From positions 2,356,001 to 2,420,000 of the forward strand of contig OX337230.1 in assembly GCA_946965045.2 (NCBI GenBank): a DNA stretch of 64,000 nucleotides, given 5' to 3'. Source of the DNA: Epithemia pelagica. Taxonomy: Eukaryota > Protista > Bacillariophyta. A model generated the notes under the pieces. That model searched no databases and was not told the origin of the DNA. It was given only the letters and a program-made list of their open reading frames with translations. Positions 57,250 to 64,000 of the stretch are shown here, piece by piece. The translations under genes and the position numbers were made by a program. Each line of letters begins with the position of its first letter. Positions within the stretch are counted from its first letter, which is position 1.

Positions 57250-58560
57250 CAGTCCTTGCAAGTCTGTGAATAGCAAACTGAGAGACCCGTACTCCACGAA
57301 AGCATCCTTGCAAGTGGTGGGGTTATGCAGGATGAGGTCAGACAAAGCAACTTGATTATTGATGTAATTGTTTTAAGTACAGTTTTGCTTGAGGCGATTC
57401 AAACTGATACGGAATTCAGATTCGAAACCACCGGTTACTTGAACTTCAGGAGGTTCTTGTTGACCATAATGAAGCTCTCTGGCGACAGTTGGAGGTTCTT
57501 CCATAGTGATGACAAGGAATGAAGAGCGATGGCAACAAAAATGAGGCTCGTGAATTTTCAAAGAAAAAGATTGTAACTAAACAGTCGATGGTCAGAACAT
57601 GCACCTCTGACCACCATTCGAAAGAACACAGTAAGACGCTTCTACGATAACAAACAGTAGGCCTATAACATACTAAAAGTCATTGACATGATATGATCGT
57701 TGCAAAGTCTCAATTTTGGCAATTGATGATATTATTGTCTATCATTTTTTATTCATGAGTGGATATTGCTCACCTGGTATTTTATTAAGTAAGATTGCAT
57801 ATTTGTTGTTAAATACACTGGGTAACAATATTGTCAATGACTGGGCAAAAACGTGGCAGTGCTGATAGGGTTAAGTTCGGTAGAGGTAAATTGAGTGGAC
57901 TCTAGTCGATGAGAAATTGGTTGTTGATTCTTTTTGGAAGGAACTGACATTCTAAGTTGTGGTGTGAAGTGTGAAGAAAGGTGCAGACTTGGGGTATCCA
58001 TTGCGAAGGAGCTAGGTGGGGAAGAGGAGTCGCAAGGTCTTCAAAGATGGATACACTTTTGCCGGCAAGGAATTGTGCCCATGAGATGGCAATGTTGGCT
58101 AACTTGGCAGGGCCACCTGGAGATCTAAGGCATGCCATAAATAGATAAGTCTTCGAGACATCCATCCAGAACATAGGGTCTAGTGCCTTCACGGGTGATA
58201 CGGCCAGACCCTGCATTTTAGCGGCCAAATGACCATGGTGGTCTTTAACGATTACTAGCTCAATATAGCACCTCCATAGAAATGGGATGATAGAAATCAT
58301 CTTCATACAATGCTTTAGGTCCCCACCGGGCACTTTTTCCATATCTGCCATCGTCATCGAGTTCTCTCTCATCATTGTAGGGTCATTTTTTTTTTGCGAT
58401 TTGGCTGCTAGATTGCCCGTTGGCCGGTACATTCACCATGCGCTTTCTCCACCAATACTTGACCAATTGCCATGAAGTTAAAATATGTTATCGACCTTAG
58501 TGTAAATGAGAACACTATTGACCCATATAGGCTATCCCCAAGCATAGGATGCAAACGAGC
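57250..58560 (-). mobile_element. Degenerate non-LTR (LINE) retrotransposon ORF2 fragment; boundaries approximate
   Basis: LRSPGGPAKLANIAISWAQFLAG...IFE...PLPHL...WIPQVCTFL...PKRINNQFLID resembles the post-RT region of stramenopile LINEs. Many stops around it. Confidence 0.6.
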
Positions 58561-58631
58561 TTCCACACCATTGCGTCAATTTTTCGACGTGGCACGGACC
58601 ACATGAGATTAGCCTACTCATTCGTCGAAGT

Positions 58632-59617
58632 CAGCTCCATGAATACGGCCGCTCCAGACGTCCTACTTAGTAGTCTTTTATGTTAGGCTCTACTTTAGCG
58701 ATCTGAGGTATCAGATCGATCATCGGTGATATGGCCATTGAGAAAAGGCCATCCATCGATGGACGCTTCTTTTCGACGCATCACACACAACACGAGTTTT
58801 CGACCAAAGGATGACGAGACCCGGCTCCATGGATATGGCCGCTCCAGACGTCCTACTTAGTAGTCTTTTATGTTAGGCTCTACTTTAGCGATCTGAGGTA
58901 TCAGATTGATCATCGGTGATATGGCCATTGAGAAAAGGCCATCCATCGATGGACGCTTCTTTTCGACGCATCACACACAACACGAGTTTTCGACCAAAGG
59001 ATGACGAGACCCGGCTCCATGGATATGGCCGCTCCAGACGTCCTACTTAGTAGTCTTTTATGTTAGGCTCTACTTTAGCGATCTGAGGTATCAGATCGAT
59101 CATCGGTGATATGGCCATTGAGAAAAGGCCATCCATCGATGGACGCTTCTTATCGACGCATCACACACAACACGAGTTTTCGACCAAAGGATGACGAGAC
59201 CCGGCTCCATGGATATGGCCGCTCCAGACGTCCTACTTAGTAGTCTTTTATGTTAGGCTCTACTTTAGCGATCTGAGGTATCACATTGATCATCGGTGAT
59301 ATGGCCATTGAGAAAGGCCATCCATCGATGGACGCTTCTTTTCGACGCATCACACACAACACGAGTTTTCGACCAAAGGATGACGAGACCCTGCTCCATG
59401 GATATGGCCGCTCCAGACGTCCTACTTAGTAGTCTTTTATGTTAGGCTCTACTTTAGCGATCTGAGGTATCAGATTGATCATCGGTGATATGGCCATTGA
59501 GAAAGGGCCATCCATCGATGGACGCTTCTTTTCGACGCATCACACACAACACGAGTTTTCGACCAAAGGATGACAAGACCCAGCTCCATGAATATGGCCG
59601 CTCCAGACGTCCTACTT
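58632..59617 (+). repeat. Tandem array of a 190-bp unit, about 5.2 copies (left arm)
   Basis: GCTCCAGACG recurs at 58651, 58841, 59031, 59221, 59410 and 59600. The unit contains the palindrome TCCATCGATGGA. Confidence 0.97.
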
Positions 59618-60508
59618 CTTTGACCGTTACTATGGAGTGCACGGCACCTGAGACGGGAGTAAAGCTTGTTGGAATCGGATACAAGTACAACTCACGGAAG
59701 GTCCTCCTCTTTGTTATGACTAAAAATGCGGGGAAAACGATCCCGGGATCTCCGTACATTGCTCGATTTACCGATGAGTTCGGCAATGTCAAAAGCCGGA
59801 GAGTCGAACGGCCTGACTGTATTTCCCAGTACTTCAAGTGTGCAAATAAAATTGACCGTCACAATCATCTGCGTCAGGGCATCCTCCGTCTCGAGCAGTA
59901 CTGGAGAACAGTTGATCCATGGTTTTGCATTGCGACAACGGTGTTCGGAATGACAGTGTCTGATTGTTACCTTGGCATGCGTTTTCATCTGCAAGCGGAA
60001 CCATTCTCAAGCTTTACGATCGAAGACTTCGCGGATATGCTCGCAAACGACCTTTTGAGAAACAACTTTTCCGATGATCGCAGCAAACATCCCAGTGACA
60101 CGTCGTCCGCCGCTTTCGGTACACACTGTTGGGCCCTCAGCTTCTGTGCCATCGAGCGTGCACAATGTGGGGGGGGGGGGGGGGGGGGGGAATGCGTCTC
60201 CTAACTCCATGGTGTCTGATCTGACCAATGATTCACTGGTTTGTCATGAGGTTGTGGAACAGGCAGAAAAGTCTTTATCTGACCAGCGGCCCGTGAAGCG
60301 CAAATGTGTTATTTGTAAAAATGACACGAGATCAATGTGCGGGCATCCAACATGCTGCAATATAATCAAGATGTTTCGTGGGGAAGCCAAAGTTGGAGTT
60401 CCTTTGTGTAAGCCCTCCATGGGTATTCGTCGCGGGCAAGTGCGGACTTGCCTTGAAGAGCACATGTGCCGTGTTATTGCGGCAAGCCAAAAGGAAAACC
60501 ACAACTGA
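59485..60508 (+). pseudogene. 5'-truncated piggyBac-like transposase, frameshifted before the Cys-rich C-terminal domain
   Basis: GIGYKYNSRKV, GSPYIARFTDEFGNV, RP...YFKCANKIDRHNHLRQG...LEQYW...WF; in the next frame CVIC...C...C...LC...CLEEH. Confidence 0.8.
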
Positions 60509-60639
60509 TTTGTCCCGAACATGAGAACCGGGTCGACTCTACATTGTTTCATGTCTTTGCATATTAATAAATTATGATTAGGAGCTTAGTAACATCGAAA
60601 TCTTAGTACTCAAGTGTAATATGCTATGGGATCCTACGA

Positions 60640-61176
60640 CTAATAGGTTCGAACGCTCTCCTGATGGGGCCACGTCTCTGTCGCTTTATCAAAAAGTGAC
60701 ATGAATGTAGCCATCCCAACAACACTCATCCGCACAGTAATGACCATGGGCCCCATGGCCATCTTGGTATCCAAAGAATGAGCCGTTTCAATCGTGAGCT
60801 CTCCTTTGACAAGGGAACCGCTCTTGGAACGGAACTTCTTGGAGCGTATTTTCTTGTAGATCGATCCGACTGGGATGACGACACCAGGCATCGAATCATC
60901 CATCTTCTCCCGACCAAATGCGCTAATTGATAGCATCCCACCGTTGCTCCCGTACTTGGAGCGCTGTAAAAGAACGACACCTCGATCCACCACAAGCGTC
61001 CCCTTTCCACCTTTCCCATCACGAGCGGCGTCTTGGACGTACACATTCACGCCCACTTCGCCATAGATCGTTGCTCGGCTACCATGGAGCTGAATCTCGC
61101 TCTCGTCATCTTGCATCACGTTGAACCCATTTGCAAGGAGAAGTCTATTGCGCGATTCGTGCTCGTATTCCGACAT
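60640..61176 (-). CDS. Hypothetical 178-aa beta-rich protein inside the inverted-repeat structure
   Basis: Intact ATG-initiated ORF with globular composition; no family recognised. Confidence 0.5.
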   Translation of the reverse strand: MSEYEHESRNRLLLANGFNVMQDDESEIQLHGSRATIYGEVGVNVYVQDAARDGKGGKGTLVVDRGVVLLQRSKYGSNGGMLSISAFGREKMDDSMPGVVIPVGSIYKKIRSKKFRSKSGSLVKGELTIETAHSLDTKMAMGPMVITVRMSVVGMATFMSLFDKATETWPHQESVRTY

Positions 61177-61665
61177 CGTCCTTCGTCCATCGTAAATGTA
61201 GAAAATATGAAGGGTGAGACGCGATGAGTCGCACAGTGCAAAACAAGTTTGAGATAGGCACTTACCTCTTTTCCTACTCCTTATTGGATTGTCAAATGAA
61301 AAGTCTTTAGTTAGAGGAGCTTGCCACTCAGATGGCCGATCAATTCTCTCCTCTCTGCACGAAAGGACGAACACGTCCGTGGTATCCAGTCGGCATGCAT
61401 AAAAATGCAGTTGTGGTTTGGGGGAAACGGTGGGGACTTTCTACAATTGCCACTCGGGATTAATTAAAACAACGTGACGATATGCTTAAGAAAAGTTCCA
61501 TCCGTTGAAGCGCGTGCCCTCCACAATTTACAGCGCGACAAGATTTTAATGTGAGACGACTGGTCGATCATCAATCAAATAACAAGAGCAACCTTCCCAT
61601 AAAGGCATAAAGGACAGCAAGGAAAAGAAAACAGACGACAAAAGCAAGGACAAAGAAAGAAAGAC

Positions 61666-62178
61666 ATGTCGCTCTACATCGACAAGCGCCGTGTTAGTGC
61701 GAGGCTCCAAGGCCGTACGACCAAAAGTGTTGTCACAACTGGTGCATCCAAACCCACTATGCGCCCAACCCAAAAAGGTGCCCACAAGAACAACAAGAAC
61801 AACAACAACGACGACAATGCAAAAGCCGTAGATACGGAGAAGAAGAAGGAGATCTTGCTCGGGTGTGATGCAATTGGTGTGGAAATGAGTCGATCATCAA
61901 TCCTCAAGATGAGAGACGATTTCCTGGAACATGGATCGAACGGAGGGAGCAACACTCCAGTGCGCCATTCCAAGATCAAGTTTGCTGATGAGATCAGCCC
62001 CATCCCTGAAGACAATCAGAAGCCTTCGTCCCGTTTATCCACCCTGAGCGCCGCCTCCATACGTAGCCTCAAGAGTGCATCTTCCCGTGGAACTGCTGTA
62101 GACAGCGATCTTTCGTTCGACTTTGCCGAGACTCAACAAGATGACGGTGAGTTCCTCTTCAACACCTATGGAAAATAA
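61666..62178 (+). CDS. Hypothetical 170-aa protein inside the inverted-repeat structure
   Basis: Intact ATG-initiated ORF, divergent from the preceding one; basic N-terminus and acidic C-terminus. Confidence 0.45.
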   Translation: MSLYIDKRRVSARLQGRTTKSVVTTGASKPTMRPTQKGAHKNNKNNNNDDNAKAVDTEKKKEILLGCDAIGVEMSRSSILKMRDDFLEHGSNGGSNTPVRHSKIKFADEISPIPEDNQKPSSRLSTLSAASIRSLKSASSRGTAVDSDLSFDFAETQQDDGEFLFNTYGK

Positions 62179-62258
62179 ATGATAGTTAAGCCTGTCAAGT
62201 ATAGTAATGACGATAAATATGGAAACATAAGCTTTAGAGTTGGATCATAGCGCGGCTT

Positions 62259-62755
62259 CGTCCATTGGTCCAAAATCCTTGTGCTCCGTGGCACGACGAA
62301 TGATTGTCCATGGATGATCGCCTCGATCATGAGGACCATGGCCCCTAAGCCGGATCTAAGACTTGTGTAACCTAACTTAGTCTCTATAGTAACGGGCAAA
62401 AAAGTAGGACGTCCAGAGGGACCATTGTCGAATATTGGCATGGCATCGTCCATTGGTCCAAAATCCTTGTGCTCCGTGGCACGACAAATGATTGTCCATG
62501 GATGATCGCCTCGATCATGAGGACCATGGCCCCTACGCCGGATCTGAGACTTGTATAACCTAACTTAATCTCTATAGTAACGGGCAAAAAAGTAGGACGT
62601 CCGGAGGGACCATTGTCGAATATTGGCATGGCATCGTCCATTGGTCCAAAATCCTTGCGCTCCGTGGCACGACAAATGATTGTGTATGGATGATCGCCTC
62701 GATCATGAGGACCATGGCCCCTACGCCGGATCTGAGACTTGTATAACCTAACTTA
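62259..62755. repeat. Tandem array of a 188-bp unit, about 2.6 copies; the third copy resumes after the MITE at 63576
   Basis: CGTCCATTGGTCCAAAATCC at 62259, 62447 and 62635. Confidence 0.95.
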
Positions 62756-63572
62756 GGCTATCTCCACCCGAGCGCCGCTATGCTGACGTATTGGGGCTTT
62801 CTGATTGGCCTCGCTATCCGGATAGCGGATTAGCGGAGCCAAAGGGAAATAAACTCCACGATCTCCGTTAAAAGAACGCCGCTATCTCGCGCTGCGCGTA
62901 CGCATTGCGCATATGCCCTCTCTTGTTTCGGTTAAAAATTAAAAAGGGGTGCGACCGCGGAAGTTGCGGAATTCAAACAAGACAATCAACGAGAGCACAA
63001 AGCATAAACCAAAGATGGAGGACTCGTTGTTCTCCCTCTTCATTGTTGACTGTCATGGTGAATCATGTTGTTGTTCATGGCCAATGTAGATGTAGGCTGT
63101 AGGTTGTAGGTTGCAGTCCAATCTTCCTATTCCCTGTCCGATTTCCGATTGATTGTCTGATAATTGATAATCGAACTCATCAATAGTTTGAATGATGCAT
63201 TTGTTTGATTGTTGCATTCCTTCCGATCCGTGATCCTCGAATCATCTTGCTGTGCATGTGCATGGTTCTTGTCCCATTGTAGGAAGTAGGGAACACAACA
63301 ATGGAAAAAGAGATGGTAAGCAATCGTCACAATCAATACGTGCCATTGCCATGTTTTCGACATGAGAGATTCAAAGTTTCACTGTTGGCAACAGATATTA
63401 ATTTATTTATGCCGACGGTTATATTTTGCTCCGCTATCCGCTATTTTCCCCGCTATTCGGGGCCCCCAATAGCGGCAAAAATAGCGGATAGTGGAGCTGG
63501 TTAGCGGTTAGAGGAGATGGTGGAGTTCGATAGCGGTTTTGGGGCCTTTAGCGGGCCCGGGTGGAGATAGCC
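62756..63572. mobile_element. PIF/Harbinger (Tourist-like) MITE, 817 bp
   Basis: 18-bp TIR GGCTATCTCCACCCG(A/G)GC; TTA TSD at 62753-55 and 63573-75. Removing it restores the 188-bp unit. Confidence 0.92.
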
Positions 63573-63597
63573 TTAGTCTCTATAGTAACGGGCAAAA

Positions 63598-64000
63598 AAG
63601 TAGGACGTCTGGAGCGGCCATATCCATGGAGCCGGGTCTCGTCATCCTTTGGTCGAAAACTTGTGTTGTGTGTGATGCGTCGATAAGAAGCGTCCATCGA
63701 TGGATGGCCTTTTCTCAATGGCCATATCACCGATGATCGATCTGATACCTCAGATCGCTAAAGTAGAGCCTAACATAAAAGACTACTAAGTAGGACGTCT
63801 GGAGCGGCCATATCCATGGAGCCGGGTCTCGTCATCCTTTGGTCGAAAACTCGTGTTGTGTGTGATGCGTCGAAAAGAAGCGTCCATCGATGGATGGCCT
63901 TTTCTCAATGGCCATATCACCGATGATCGATCTGATACCTCAGATCGCTAAAGTAGAGCCTAACATAAAAGACTACTAAGTAGGACGTCTGGAGCGGCCG
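63598..64000 (-). repeat. Inverted copy of the 190-bp array (right arm), at least 2 copies, runs off the window
   Basis: TAGGACGTCT at 63601, 63791 and 63981; reverse complement of the 58632-59617 unit. Confidence 0.97.

Noticed and set aside
58632-64000. CRISPR array
   Set aside because: Units are contiguous near-identical 188-190-bp repeats with no unique spacers, no cas genes, and a eukaryotic context.
1-64000. rRNA or tRNA genes
   Set aside because: None recognised by eye; a tRNAscan/Infernal run would be needed to exclude small ncRNAs.

Overview
Eukaryotic nuclear DNA, most likely from a diatom. This is inferred from short GT-AG introns, signal peptides with ASAFAP-like plastid motifs, diatom-type gene families and CoDi-like copia elements. 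Bases 1-55 kb are gene-dense, with about 19 genes: an atypical SDR, NAA60, a BTB-like protein, a DNAJC11 C-terminal-domain protein, EFG1, a GNAT, Era, an S33 peptidase, CSB/ERCC6, an importin-beta-like protein, an MDM2-type RING protein, a UBX protein, a TMEM151-like protein, Tex/SRBD1 and several unknowns. A young intact Ty1/copia element (25674-31995, minus strand) has 295-bp LTRs differing at 1 nt and a CCCCC TSD, and it splits a membrane-protein gene. It has no tRNA-type PBS. Instead, the PBS position is perfectly complementary to a 14-15 nt stretch inside its own LTR that starts at an initiator-like motif, which suggests Tf1-style self-priming. It also carries an extra upstream ORF with a leaky-scanning signature. 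Bases 55-64 kb are a transposon nest: a decayed copia gag, a LINE relic, and a foldback-like structure in which inverted arrays of a 190-bp repeat enclose a truncated piggyBac-like transposase, two orphan ORFs, a 188-bp array and a Tourist-like MITE. Three host genes carry single in-frame TAA stops. No rRNA, tRNA or CRISPR array was seen. All family assignments are from motif recognition, not database searches.
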